DNA of 64,000 bases, from NCBI GenBank assembly GCA_947375185.1, contig CANCEU010000001.1:22279-86278 (forward strand), written 5' to 3'. This document shows positions 1 through 9,393 of this stretch, piece after piece. The position numbers and the translations under genes were made by a program. Numbering within the stretch: the first letter of the stretch is position 1; every line of letters starts with the position of its first letter. Below the pieces are notes generated by a model. The model had not been told where the DNA came from. It searched no databases and saw only the letters and a list, made by a program, of their open reading frames with translations. This DNA comes from Chitinophagaceae bacterium. GTDB lineage: Bacteria > Bacteroidota > Bacteroidia > Chitinophagales > Chitinophagaceae.

Positions 1-657
1 TTAACATTACAAAAATTAATAAGCGAAGGAGAAATAGGGGAATTAGTAGATGTACAAATTTCATTTGAAAGATACCGCACTACTTTAAGCCCAAAGAAAC
101 ATAAGGAATCTGTAACTCCCGGTGCAGGATTATTGTATGACTTAGGTCCGCATTTAGTAGATCAAGCATTGGTATTATCGGGTATGCCATTAGCGGTATT
201 TGCAGATATAAGAATCACAAGAAAAGTGGGTATAGTAGATGATTATTTCACCATGATTTTATATTATGCAAGTCACCGCATTACTTTAACAAGTGGTATG
301 GTGTTTATGACGCAATTGCCAGGTTATAAAGTATACGGCACCAAAGGAAGTTTTATTAAAAACAGATCCGATATACAAGAAGCAGAATTAATTGCAGGAA
401 AAAAACCTGGTACTGAAAATTGGGGCGTGGAAGCTGAAGCTGATTTTGGTACTTTATATACCGATCACAATGGCTTAATCACTTCGCAAGTAGTTACAAG
501 TATTCCAGGCAACTACGGCGTATTTTATGAAAAAATGGCGAATGCGATTATAAGCAATGGGCCGGTACCAACAACGGCTCAAGAAGGTAAAAATATTATT
601 CGCATATTAGAAGCTGCCCGTAATAGTGCATTTAACAAAAGAGTAGTAGGCGTATAA
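1..657 (+). CDS. Gfo/Idh/MocA family oxidoreductase (YdgJ-like), 5'-partial
   Basis: Frame is open from base 1 (LTLQKLISEGEIGELVDVQISFERYR...GAGLLYDLGPHLVDQAL), a typical GFO_IDH_MocA C-terminal domain; stop at 657. Confidence 0.85.
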   Translation, partial: LTLQKLISEGEIGELVDVQISFERYRTTLSPKKHKESVTPGAGLLYDLGPHLVDQALVLSGMPLAVFADIRITRKVGIVDDYFTMILYYASHRITLTSGMVFMTQLPGYKVYGTKGSFIKNRSDIQEAELIAGKKPGTENWGVEAEADFGTLYTDHNGLITSQVVTSIPGNYGVFYEKMANAIISNGPVPTTAQEGKNIIRILEAARNSAFNKRVVGV

Positions 658-718
658 TAAACCGCCGCTTTCAAAATTTATGACTTACACAAAATATATT
701 TAGCAAAAAAAAGATCAG

Positions 719-1390
719 ATGGCACACCCCTACTTAATCGCAATTAAGAGAATTTATGCAGCTAACGGCGACGCAACTATTGCCAAAGGTGCAAAAGCCT
801 ATTTGCTGAATCAGTTTGAGTTTTATGGAATTAAAACACCATTAAGACGACAAATATGCAAGGCGTTTTATAAAGCCAACCCTATAAAGGATCATAATGA
901 GTTAAGCGCTCTTATTAAAGATTGTTTTGCCGAACCTCAAAGAGAGTTGCATTATTTTGCCATTGAACTATTAGGGCATCATAAAAAATTATGGTCCAAA
1001 AAAACATTGCCGCTCATTGAATGGATGATTACACATAATAGTTGGTGGGATTCAGTGGATAGCACCAATACCCATGTAATTGGTAAATTTTTTTTAGCCT
1101 ACCCGGAATATATAAATGAGTATACTTTTAAATGGAATCGCTCCAGCAACAAATGGTTACAAAGAATGAGTATTTTATTTCAGTTGATGTACAAAAATAA
1201 AACCAATTCTACCCTACTTACAGAATACATTGAGCATACACAATTAGAAGAAGATTTTTTTATTCGAAAAGCCATTGGCTGGGCCTTACGTAGCTATGCA
1301 AACACGGATGCAAAATGGGTGGTGAAATTTGTAAAAGCGCATCCGCAGCTTTCAAATCTTTCTAAACGCGAAGCTTTAAAACATCAATAA
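719..1390 (+). CDS. DNA alkylation repair protein (AlkD-like HEAT-repeat family)
   Basis: Motifs FYGIKTPLRR, NSWWDSVD, WLQRMSILFQL, FFIRKAIGWALR. Confidence 0.85.
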   Translation: MAHPYLIAIKRIYAANGDATIAKGAKAYLLNQFEFYGIKTPLRRQICKAFYKANPIKDHNELSALIKDCFAEPQRELHYFAIELLGHHKKLWSKKTLPLIEWMITHNSWWDSVDSTNTHVIGKFFLAYPEYINEYTFKWNRSSNKWLQRMSILFQLMYKNKTNSTLLTEYIEHTQLEEDFFIRKAIGWALRSYANTDAKWVVKFVKAHPQLSNLSKREALKHQ

Positions 1391-1395
1391 AAATA

Positions 1396-1815
1396 TTACA
1401 CAATTTCAGTTTGTAATTCAACCGCCATTAACTCTTTACCGAGGTTGTGAAAGGCCAATTGTATTTTCTTTAATTGCTCTACTCTTGGTTTCCGATGCAA
1501 ATTAGCATAATGATTTAGCTGTTTTTGATTAATTCCCGAGTATTTTTCTAAGGCTGATCCTGTAATAACATTCTTATAATACTTAAGTAAACTTTGTGCA
1601 TCAAATTTGTAGATCAGCTCATATTTACCTCTAAAAGATACTGGATGCTTCTCTCCATCATCCTTAATACCTTCTAAATGAAATTCAATAGCTTCAATAA
1701 TATTAGCTTTTATTTCATCGGGCGTCTTTCCTGTTGTAACACAACCAGGAAGTTGTGGCAGATGTGCTGAAAAGTTTTTACCTGCAAAGAATATTTCTAC
1801 AATATTTTTTTTCAT
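1396..1815 (-). CDS. hicB: Type II toxin-antitoxin HicB family antitoxin with C-terminal HTH
   Basis: FSAHLPQLPGCVTTGKTPDEIKANIIEAIEFHLEG HicB core; C-terminal SALEKYSGINQKQLNHYA HTH-like segment. Confidence 0.85.
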   Translation of the reverse strand: MKKNIVEIFFAGKNFSAHLPQLPGCVTTGKTPDEIKANIIEAIEFHLEGIKDDGEKHPVSFRGKYELIYKFDAQSLLKYYKNVITGSALEKYSGINQKQLNHYANLHRKPRVEQLKKIQLAFHNLGKELMAVELQTEIV

Positions 1816-1835
1816 AATTATACCATTTAAAAAAA

Positions 1836-1994
1836 TTATGCCAATCCAGCTTGTTTTAAAATTGACTTAACAATATCATGTTCTAATACTTCACTTTTAC
1901 CATGATCAGGGATAGTAACCCTTCCTTTTTGAGCATACAACACCCATCCATCAAGTTCAATTCATTTAATCATTTCTTTGACTTTTTTGATCAT
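1836..1994 (-). pseudogene. hicA: HicA mRNA-interferase toxin remnant (nonsense codon plus internal deletion)
   Basis: Manual translation MIKKVKEMIK*IELDGWVLYAQKGRVTIPDHGKSEVLEHDIVKSILKQAGLA*; in-frame TGA at 1964-1962; GSH motif absent; directly upstream of hicB. Confidence 0.8.
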
Positions 1995-2007
1995 TTGCTT
2001 GATTTTA

Positions 2008-2029
2008 CAAAGATATACAATTATATATC
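2008..2029 (-). promoter_or_regulatory. hicAB -7 promoter box (TATCTTTG, 2015-2008) overlapped by an 18-bp near-perfect palindrome (putative HicB operator)
   Basis: GATATACAATTATATATC at 2012-2029 has 8 of 9 base pairs self-complementary and overlaps a TAnnTTTG box. Confidence 0.55.
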
Positions 2030-2122
2030 ATTAATAGAGAAAATATTCAAGCTAATGTGAGACTTAAAAAATGGAATAAACCGCAATGGTCAATAAACTT
2101 ATTCGTTCGGATGTTTTCTAAT

Positions 2123-2149
2123 AAAAAAGCCCCGCAAATTGCGAGGCTT
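2123..2149 (-). terminator. Intrinsic terminator downstream of fsa
   Basis: Minus-strand hairpin GCCTCGC...GCGGGGC with one G-U pair, followed by a U6 tract. Confidence 0.75.
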
Positions 2150-2191
2150 CTTAAATTCGTTAACAAATGTTAATGAAATTTATGAGTTAGT

Positions 2192-2842
2192 CTACATTTT
2201 CTTTGCATCTTCCAAGAACTTAGCCAACCCAATATCGGTTAAAGGGTGTTTTAACAATCCTAAGATAGAATCCAAAGGACAAGTACAAACATCAGCGCCT
2301 GCTTCAGCTGCTTTTACAATATGCAAAGCGTTTCTGATAGAAGCTGCTAAAATTTGTGTTTGAAAACCTTGTACATCATAAATGTGACGGATTTGGCTAA
2401 TTAATTCCATTCCATCCCAAGAGCTATCGTCAATACGACCAATAAATGGAGATACATAAGTTGCACCTGCTTTTGCAGCTAAAATAGCTTGACCAGCAGA
2501 AAACACCAATGTACAGTTGGTACGAATACCATTATCAGTAAACCATTTAATGGCTTTGATACCGTCCTTAATCATAGGAACTTTCACAACAATGTTTGGA
2601 TGAATTGCAGCTAATTTCTTTCCTTCTTCTACCATAGTAGCAAAATCGGTAGACAAAACTTCGGCACTAATATCACCATCAACAATTTCACAAATTGCTT
2701 TGTAATGGTCCGCAATGGCAGCTTCCCCTTTCACACCCACTTGGGCCATTAAAGAAGGATTGGTTGTTACACCGTCTAAGATGCCTAATTCATTGGCTTC
2801 TTTGATTTGAGCTAAATTGCCTGTGTCGATAAAAAATTTCAT
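2192..2842 (-). CDS. fsa: Fructose-6-phosphate aldolase / transaldolase (TalC family)
   Basis: MKFFIDT, GVTTNPSL, VVKVP Schiff-base Lys, TNCTLVFS, YVSPFIGR, LAASIR. Confidence 0.93.
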   Translation of the reverse strand: MKFFIDTGNLAQIKEANELGILDGVTTNPSLMAQVGVKGEAAIADHYKAICEIVDGDISAEVLSTDFATMVEEGKKLAAIHPNIVVKVPMIKDGIKAIKWFTDNGIRTNCTLVFSAGQAILAAKAGATYVSPFIGRIDDSSWDGMELISQIRHIYDVQGFQTQILAASIRNALHIVKAAEAGADVCTCPLDSILGLLKHPLTDIGLAKFLEDAKKM

Positions 2843-2868
2843 ATGGTAGGTTTTGTGAAATATAAAAA

Positions 2869-2968
2869 AGTGGCAGGCTACTCACATCGCACCGCTCAAC
2901 CGCTTATCCTTGCTACATTCCTGTCCTGGGGAGGTTCTGCAGGAGCTGGTCGTGTAAGACCTGCCGGT
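2869..2968 (-). ncRNA. ffs: Signal recognition particle RNA (small bacterial SRP, 4.5S)
   Basis: Minus strand GGCAGG...CCAGGACAGGAATGTAGCAAGG...CCTGCC: complementary ends, SRP domain IV-like CAGG/GGAA/AGCA core, TACATTTG promoter box immediately upstream. Confidence 0.9.
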
Positions 2969-2969
2969 G

Positions 2970-2977
2970 CAAATGTA
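2970..2977 (-). promoter_or_regulatory. Bacteroidota -7 promoter box for SRP RNA
   Basis: TACATTTG matches TAnnTTTG and lies 4 nt before the terminal stem of the RNA. Confidence 0.75.
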
Positions 2978-3035
2978 GGACAAATGAAGGGATTAAAAAA
3001 GATAAAATAGGTGTAAATAAAGATAGCTGCAAATG

Positions 3036-4307
3036 CTAGTTTTGCTTAGTATTTAAGCCTGTAAACCCTATTAATTGGTCGTTTCTTGTACCCGGAGCAT
3101 GATAATATACAAGCACCATATAATTATTTTCAGCCTCCGAATAACTGCCTTCTGTTTCCACAAAATCATCCATAAAATTGGGCTCCAATCTATCTCTTAA
3201 AATATAACTATAGCTATAATACCCTTGTTTAAGCATTAATCGTTTTTGGTATGCCCCTTGTTTGACATCAAATTGCATTTCGGCATTTTGATCCAACACA
3301 TTGTTTGTTAATGCACCTAATAAATATAATTTTTTATCAAGCAGTGGTTTTCTATCTTTTGGTACATAAGAAAAAACAACAGATGCGTAGTCATTTTGAT
3401 TTTCATTTTGTAATGACTCCGTGTTTATAATTAGGAAACCTCCATTTAAATCGTGGAAGTTATTGTATAATATTTCAGCTCTTGAAAAATCAGGCTTTAA
3501 AATAATGGTTGTTACACTTGACTTGTTTTCGATTGCGGCTACTCGGTCCGATCTCAAACTTAAACTTTGTAAATCCAACCACCTATATTCATTTCCTCCT
3601 GGAAACAACAAATCAGCTTCATTGTTAAACTCCAAAATATTACCTCTTATAAAACTTGGGTTTTTAATTTCCTTGGCATCATGATATCTATTATTTTGAA
3701 TCACTTTAATGGTCAATTGATCATTTTGGAAATTAGGTATATTTTTAACATCAATAGCTACTTTAATCTTTTGATGCGACTTTGTAATTGATCCATCAAA
3801 AGGTGCTTGAACGGTTGCAATTAAATCAGCTAAATTTTCTACAACAAAAAAACGTTTTGTAAAAACAAGATGTTCTTTATTGTTGTCAAGATATACTTTT
3901 AAGATATAATTTCCTGACATTTTTGGGCTGCAAAAACTATTTGGAAATTCAAATTGATAATGAAAATATTGCTGAGTCGCAATAGAAGAAATTGAATACT
4001 GAGTTATTTTGTTTTGATTAAAGCCTTTTACATAATCAAAGTCAAGCATGTCAATTGACTTCCATGCACTATCCACTAACTCAACTGTGTAATAATACTC
4101 TTGATATTGTGCTTTAAAATCATCAAAGCTTATTTGCAGGGACTCTTTATTGCCTAAAACCAATACAGGGGCATCCAACGGTCTTCCAACAGGTGCCATC
4201 AAAACCGTATGAATCATTGTGTCATAAACCTTATCGGGATTAACTTGCGCATTCGAACTACTAATTCCAAAAATAAAAAACACCAATATAAAGCCGTATC
4301 GAATCAT
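3036..4307 (-). CDS. DUF5103 / type IX secretion system plug-like protein
   Basis: Signal peptide; SLQISFDD, YVKGFNQNKI, Y.HYQFEFPN, SGNYILKVY, FPGGNEYRWLD, LKQGYYSYSY, AENNYMVLVYY pattern recalled for this family. Confidence 0.7.
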   Translation of the reverse strand: MIRYGFILVFFIFGISSSNAQVNPDKVYDTMIHTVLMAPVGRPLDAPVLVLGNKESLQISFDDFKAQYQEYYYTVELVDSAWKSIDMLDFDYVKGFNQNKITQYSISSIATQQYFHYQFEFPNSFCSPKMSGNYILKVYLDNNKEHLVFTKRFFVVENLADLIATVQAPFDGSITKSHQKIKVAIDVKNIPNFQNDQLTIKVIQNNRYHDAKEIKNPSFIRGNILEFNNEADLLFPGGNEYRWLDLQSLSLRSDRVAAIENKSSVTTIILKPDFSRAEILYNNFHDLNGGFLIINTESLQNENQNDYASVVFSYVPKDRKPLLDKKLYLLGALTNNVLDQNAEMQFDVKQGAYQKRLMLKQGYYSYSYILRDRLEPNFMDDFVETEGSYSEAENNYMVLVYYHAPGTRNDQLIGFTGLNTKQN

Positions 4308-4397
4308 TGTTTATGTATTGTTCCTACGAAACTAACTGATAAATCTAAATATGTAAAGAGAAAAAATTAGATTTGTACAAATTAAATAACTCATAGT

Positions 4398-5576
4398 TTG
4401 TCTACGCCGTTTGATATAGCCAAGAAAATCAGTTTTCAAAAACAAAAAAGTTATACACGCTTTATTGTGCGGTTATCTATTGCTGCAACTTCCATTAGTG
4501 TTGCCGCTATTATCATTACTTTATCTATCGTTAATGGATTTCAAGAAAGCATCTCAGAAAAGGTATTTAAATTTTGGGGGCATATTCGCATTGGCACAGT
4601 TAGTGGATTGCCAATTGAAAATGGGCAAGGAATAAATTTGACCAATTCCAACATTGAAAGTATCACCCCCTATATCAGTCAATCATCCGTATTGTCTTAC
4701 AAGCAAGATATTGAAGGTGTCGTAGTAAAAGGTGTTCCAACAAACAATCCCGCACCTTTTTTAATAAAAGGGAAATCCTTTATTAAAAATGATAGCACTA
4801 ATCGAAACAATATAATCATATCCGATGCATTAGCTACAAAATTAAATATTCCATTAGATAGTTCAATTCGCCTTTATTTCATGAACAATGGATCAGTACA
4901 ACAAAGAAAAATGAAAGTAATTGGCTGGTATCATTCTGGCATTGAAGAATATGATCGACAGTTTGTGATGACAGACATAAAAATGCTGCAGCAACTCAAT
5001 CAAAATTACAATCAAGTAGATGGATACACTGTCAAATTAAAGAATGATCAGTTCATGGAAACTACTGCTGATAAAATTAGATCGGAACTTCCTAATAATT
5101 TAGTGGCTACTAGTATTACAGATTATTACCCTCAAATATTTGATTGGATTAATGTGCAAACTGTAAATAGAAATGTTATCATTACTATTTTGCTCATTAT
5201 TGCCATTGTAAATTTATTGACATGCTTATTTATATTAATGCTAGAAAGGGTAAATATGATTGGCACTTTAACTTCACTAGGTGCAACTCAACATTTTATA
5301 AGATCTATTTTTTTATACCAGGCTAGTTTTATTTGTTGGATAGGAATCGGAATTGGAACATTTTTCGGAGTTGGTTTTTCCTTAATACAAAAACAATTTG
5401 GATGGATTCAATTAGACGAAACTGCCTACTTTATAAAAACCATGCCAATTAAGATGTATCCAACTCAAATTGGACTCGTGATTATGGGAACGGCAGTAAT
5501 TAGCTATTTATCTTTCCTTATTCCAACACTTTGGATTAAAAAGATAAATCCAGCAAAAGCAATAAAGTTTGACTAA
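4398..5576 (+). CDS. ABC transporter permease, LolC/E (FtsX-like) lipoprotein-release family
   Basis: N-terminal TM with SIVNGFQ, periplasmic MacB-like domain, LER..IGTL..LGA, three C-terminal TM helices; TAGATTTG box at 4368-4375. Confidence 0.85.
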   Translation: MSTPFDIAKKISFQKQKSYTRFIVRLSIAATSISVAAIIITLSIVNGFQESISEKVFKFWGHIRIGTVSGLPIENGQGINLTNSNIESITPYISQSSVLSYKQDIEGVVVKGVPTNNPAPFLIKGKSFIKNDSTNRNNIIISDALATKLNIPLDSSIRLYFMNNGSVQQRKMKVIGWYHSGIEEYDRQFVMTDIKMLQQLNQNYNQVDGYTVKLKNDQFMETTADKIRSELPNNLVATSITDYYPQIFDWINVQTVNRNVIITILLIIAIVNLLTCLFILMLERVNMIGTLTSLGATQHFIRSIFLYQASFICWIGIGIGTFFGVGFSLIQKQFGWIQLDETAYFIKTMPIKMYPTQIGLVIMGTAVISYLSFLIPTLWIKKINPAKAIKFD

Positions 5577-6313
5577 CTATTTCCCATTTTCCAGTGGGAC
5601 ATTACAATACCAGCAGCGACCGCTGCATTCAATGATTCTGCACCCCCAAAATTAGGAATGGAAACCGGCTGCGTTATTAAAGACTTTAAATTGGGTCTAA
5701 TTCCTTTGGACTCATTTCCAATAATTAAGAATCCTTTGGATGGCATTTGTTGAGCATATACCGATGCACCATTAATCAATGTCCCCACAACAGGAAGCTT
5801 TGCTTCCATTAATACTGATGCAATATCAGCTACCTGAACCTGCACCCGAAAACAGCTACCCATTGTACTTTGTATTACTTTAGGATTATAAAAGCCTGCT
5901 GTATCATCTGTTACTAGAATTTGATGAATTCCGAACCAATCCGCAGTTCTTATAATTGTGCCTAAATTACCTGGATCTTGAATTCCATCGAGCACAATCG
6001 TGAAATTTTCTTTATAATTTAAAGGCGCAGCATATTGCTTTTTTTGCACCAAAGCAATTACCTGATTGGGGGTTTGAAGATGACTAATCCTTGATAGCAT
6101 GATATCATCAATTTCCTCTATATCACCCCCGCTATTACCCAATTCACCCTCCCATTGCTTGGTTGCATATATCTTTTCAATTACCCATTTTGCCTTAATT
6201 GCCTCCTCGAGCATTTTTGGGCCTTCGATGATAAATACAGATTCTTGTGCCCAATGTTTTTTATGGGCAAAAGATTGAATATATTTGAGCTCATTCTTAT
6301 TTATCATTTTCAT
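5573..6313 (-). CDS. TrmH/SpoU family RNA 2'-O-methyltransferase
   Basis: LDGIQDPGNLGTIIRTADWFG, IIGNESKGI, ESLNAAVA; start moved from 6403 to MKMINK (6307 also possible). Confidence 0.88.
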   Translation of the reverse strand: MKMINKNELKYIQSFAHKKHWAQESVFIIEGPKMLEEAIKAKWVIEKIYATKQWEGELGNSGGDIEEIDDIMLSRISHLQTPNQVIALVQKKQYAAPLNYKENFTIVLDGIQDPGNLGTIIRTADWFGIHQILVTDDTAGFYNPKVIQSTMGSCFRVQVQVADIASVLMEAKLPVVGTLINGASVYAQQMPSKGFLIIGNESKGIRPNLKSLITQPVSIPNFGGAESLNAAVAAGIVMSHWKMGNS

Positions 6314-8687
6314 GTTATTACGGGAGCTTAAAAATATTAGTTTCTTCTCAAGATTCTCATTACTTGGCCTTTTATTTTTGATAAATGCTTGTACAGATAT
6401 CAAAAAGGCTGCTGTGCATGACTACCCAAAACAAAAAGCATTTGTTTTTAATAATAAAATAGTTATTAAAGATGCTGAATCAAAAAAGACTTTACATGAC
6501 CTTGTAAATAATTTAGACACTTACTGGGATGATAGTTTAAAAGCAAAAAGAATTCGTCAATTCGGAATTTTCAACACACTAGTGCAGCCTGTATTATACC
6601 AGCCTGAGCGAATTGAGCGAACAATTCATTACATGCAAAACTACCTTTCCTCCGTTGGATATAATCATCCAAATTTGATTTTATCCGACAAAGTAGATAC
6701 CATTCACAATGAATACAGAGTGTCCCTAACAATGACAGTTAACTTAAATAAGAAAACGGTTATCGATACGGTTACTTATCAGTTAAATAACAAATCATTG
6801 CAGGAGGTTGCAAACGCAAACATCAAAAGTGCTTACGTTAAAAAAGGAATGACCTATTCAAACGAATCTATCGACAATGAATTAGATCGATTGGTTGCCT
6901 TATTTCGAAATAATGGATACTACCACTTTACAAAAGAAAAGATTTTTGCCGAGGTTGATACCTTGAATACCTCTTTAATGACGCTAAATCTAGACCCATT
7001 AGCGCAGGTGAATCAAGTACAGGATGCTAATAAAAAAAGCAAAGAAAATCCTAGTTGGAAAATAAGCTTTCAATTGCGCAATGTAGATAGCAGCTCCACA
7101 AAAACTTACTCAATAAGTAAACAAACATTTTTTTCAGATTTAACACTATCCGATAATCCAGATTCTATATTATTAAATGGTAGAAAATTCAATGAAAATT
7201 ATAACAATATAACACAAGCATACAATAGACCCATTTTTAAATCGTCTCTTTTTTCAGAACAATCCTTAATTCAGAAAGGCGATTTGTATAACGAAAAGCT
7301 ATTTTATAAAACGCTTAATAACTATAGTAGTCTTGGCGCTTGGCAGCAAATAGATGCAAGAAGCAATGTGAAAAATGATAGTGTTCAATTAAATTATTTT
7401 TTAGTTCCCAATTTAAGACACAATCTTAATTTAGATTTAGAGGGAAGTAGAAATACTGCCCAAATAGGTGCCGGCAATTTATTAGGATTATCTACTAGCT
7501 TAACTTATAGGGATCGCAATGTTTACAAAAAATCAATCCAATCCATTAGTAATTTAAGAACTGGAATAGAATTAGATTTAAACAATAGCAACTTAACGCA
7601 AACATTATTATTTAATATTGGTCAAACTTATAGTTTCCCAGAATTGCTTATTCCTTTTAGACCCATTCATAAATCTGTAAATAGTATTGATAAATCAAAT
7701 TTTTCTTTAAATGGCTCGTACATTGATCGCTTAAATTATTATCAATTAAAATCTTTCACCACGAACTGGGGATATGAATGGAAAAATAATAAAAATGGCG
7801 GCGAAAATATCATATCTTATAAACCTATCAATATTGAATTGTATAATTTACAAAAATTTGCAAAATTAGATAGCCTATTAATTTTAAATCCATTTTTACG
7901 TTCTTCCTTTAATAACGGAAATGTGGTAAGTCAAGCGTTTAGTTTTATTCATTCAGGGCCTGCTCAAAATAATGCTAGACATAATAATTATTTTAGAATT
8001 GGAATAGAAGAAGCCGGTGGGCTAGTTGGATTATCTTCCAATGTTCAAAAAAATATTTACCGATATATTAAGGCAGAGGTTGAAATGCGTAAACTCATCA
8101 AATTTGATTACACTGAACTAGCTTGGAGATTTATGGGAGGTTGGGGAAACAACTATAGTAATGATGGGGCACTGGGAGGGCAATTGCCTTTCTTTAAACA
8201 ATTTACTGCGGGTGGTCCTTATAGTATGCGCGCATGGGGATTAAGACAGCTTGGGCTTGGGAGTTCTCAGTTTTATGACACAAGTAGTAAAAGTCAAAAC
8301 TTTGATCGATTCGGTGATATGCAATTAGAAACTAATTTAGAATATCGATTTAATATTATTCAAACTGGAAGCTACAAAATTGGGTCTGCACTGTTTTCAG
8401 ATATGGGAAATATTTGGAACACCCGAGATACCAAACAGGACCCAAATGCTGGATTTGAATTCAATAAATTGTATAAAGATTTAGCAATTGGTATTGGAAC
8501 AGGATTAAGAATTGATTTTAATTATTTCTTAATCCGAATTGATTATGCAATGAAGCTAAAAGATCCTTCAAGGAATTATAACAATGGATGGTTAGATCTT
8601 AATAATATGAAATGGACCGAAGTAAAAGCAAACGGCACAAGGGTTAATAATTATGCTTGGCAGTTTGGCATTGGGCTACCCTTTTAA
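6312..8687 (+). CDS. tamL: Omp85/BamA-TamA family outer-membrane lipoprotein (TamL-like)
   Basis: Lipobox FLINAC, POTRA-like region, FTAGGPYSMRAW loop-6 motif, GTGLRIDF, C-terminal IGLPF. Confidence 0.8.
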   Translation: MLLRELKNISFFSRFSLLGLLFLINACTDIKKAAVHDYPKQKAFVFNNKIVIKDAESKKTLHDLVNNLDTYWDDSLKAKRIRQFGIFNTLVQPVLYQPERIERTIHYMQNYLSSVGYNHPNLILSDKVDTIHNEYRVSLTMTVNLNKKTVIDTVTYQLNNKSLQEVANANIKSAYVKKGMTYSNESIDNELDRLVALFRNNGYYHFTKEKIFAEVDTLNTSLMTLNLDPLAQVNQVQDANKKSKENPSWKISFQLRNVDSSSTKTYSISKQTFFSDLTLSDNPDSILLNGRKFNENYNNITQAYNRPIFKSSLFSEQSLIQKGDLYNEKLFYKTLNNYSSLGAWQQIDARSNVKNDSVQLNYFLVPNLRHNLNLDLEGSRNTAQIGAGNLLGLSTSLTYRDRNVYKKSIQSISNLRTGIELDLNNSNLTQTLLFNIGQTYSFPELLIPFRPIHKSVNSIDKSNFSLNGSYIDRLNYYQLKSFTTNWGYEWKNNKNGGENIISYKPINIELYNLQKFAKLDSLLILNPFLRSSFNNGNVVSQAFSFIHSGPAQNNARHNNYFRIGIEEAGGLVGLSSNVQKNIYRYIKAEVEMRKLIKFDYTELAWRFMGGWGNNYSNDGALGGQLPFFKQFTAGGPYSMRAWGLRQLGLGSSQFYDTSSKSQNFDRFGDMQLETNLEYRFNIIQTGSYKIGSALFSDMGNIWNTRDTKQDPNAGFEFNKLYKDLAIGIGTGLRIDFNYFLIRIDYAMKLKDPSRNYNNGWLDLNNMKWTEVKANGTRVNNYAWQFGIGLPF

Positions 8688-9383
8688 TAAAGCTTCTACT
8701 TCATCGCGAAGGTCTTCCCAAGTAATGGCATCTTTAATATCAAAGTCCCCAATTTTTGTGCGCCTTAATGCACTCATATAAGCCCCAACTCCAAGTGCCG
8801 CACCAAAATCATTCACCAAGCTTCTAATATATGTGCCTGTTGAACAAACAACTCTAAAATCAATATTAGGTAAATCTATTCTAGTGATTTCAAAAGTATG
8901 TATTGTAATTTTTCTCGGATCCACTTTTACTTCAATACCTTGTCTTGCCGTTTCGTATAATCTTACGCCGTCTTTTTTAATTGCAGAATGTTGAGGCGGC
9001 ATTTGCATTATTTCCCCAATAAATTGCGCAGTCGTATTGCGCACCTGTGCTTCGGTAAGGTGTTCAATAGATTTTAAATTTTCCGGCTCAGATTCTAAAT
9101 CAAATGTAGTAGTTGTTGCACCTAAAACTAAAGTACCCGTATATTCCTTAATCATGCCCATGTAATCATTTATTTGCTTGGTACATTTTCCCGTGCAAAT
9201 AATTAATAAGCCAGTGGCTAATGGATCCAAAGTGCCTGCATGACCAACTTTTTGAACAAAAGTAAGCCCACGAACACGTCGAATCATTTTAAAAGAAGTC
9301 CAACGCAAAGGCTTATCAAGTAGCAATACTTTCCCTTCCAAAAAAGGCACGAGTTCGTCAGGAATAGGTCCTTGTTTCTTCAT
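8676..9383 (-). CDS. truB: tRNA pseudouridine(55) synthase
   Basis: LLDKPLRWTS, KVGHAGTLDPLATGLL, CSTGTYIRSL. Confidence 0.95.
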   Translation of the reverse strand: MKKQGPIPDELVPFLEGKVLLLDKPLRWTSFKMIRRVRGLTFVQKVGHAGTLDPLATGLLIICTGKCTKQINDYMGMIKEYTGTLVLGATTTTFDLESEPENLKSIEHLTEAQVRNTTAQFIGEIMQMPPQHSAIKKDGVRLYETARQGIEVKVDPRKITIHTFEITRIDLPNIDFRVVCSTGTYIRSLVNDFGAALGVGAYMSALRRTKIGDFDIKDAITWEDLRDEVEALLKG

Positions 9384-9393
9384 GTTCCTTTAC

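Noticed and set aside
1962-1964. TGA in hicA as selenocysteine or stop-codon reassignment
   Set aside because: TGA terminates other genes here (e.g. 28487-28489), and the frame also lacks the catalytic GSH segment, so a pseudogene is the simpler reading
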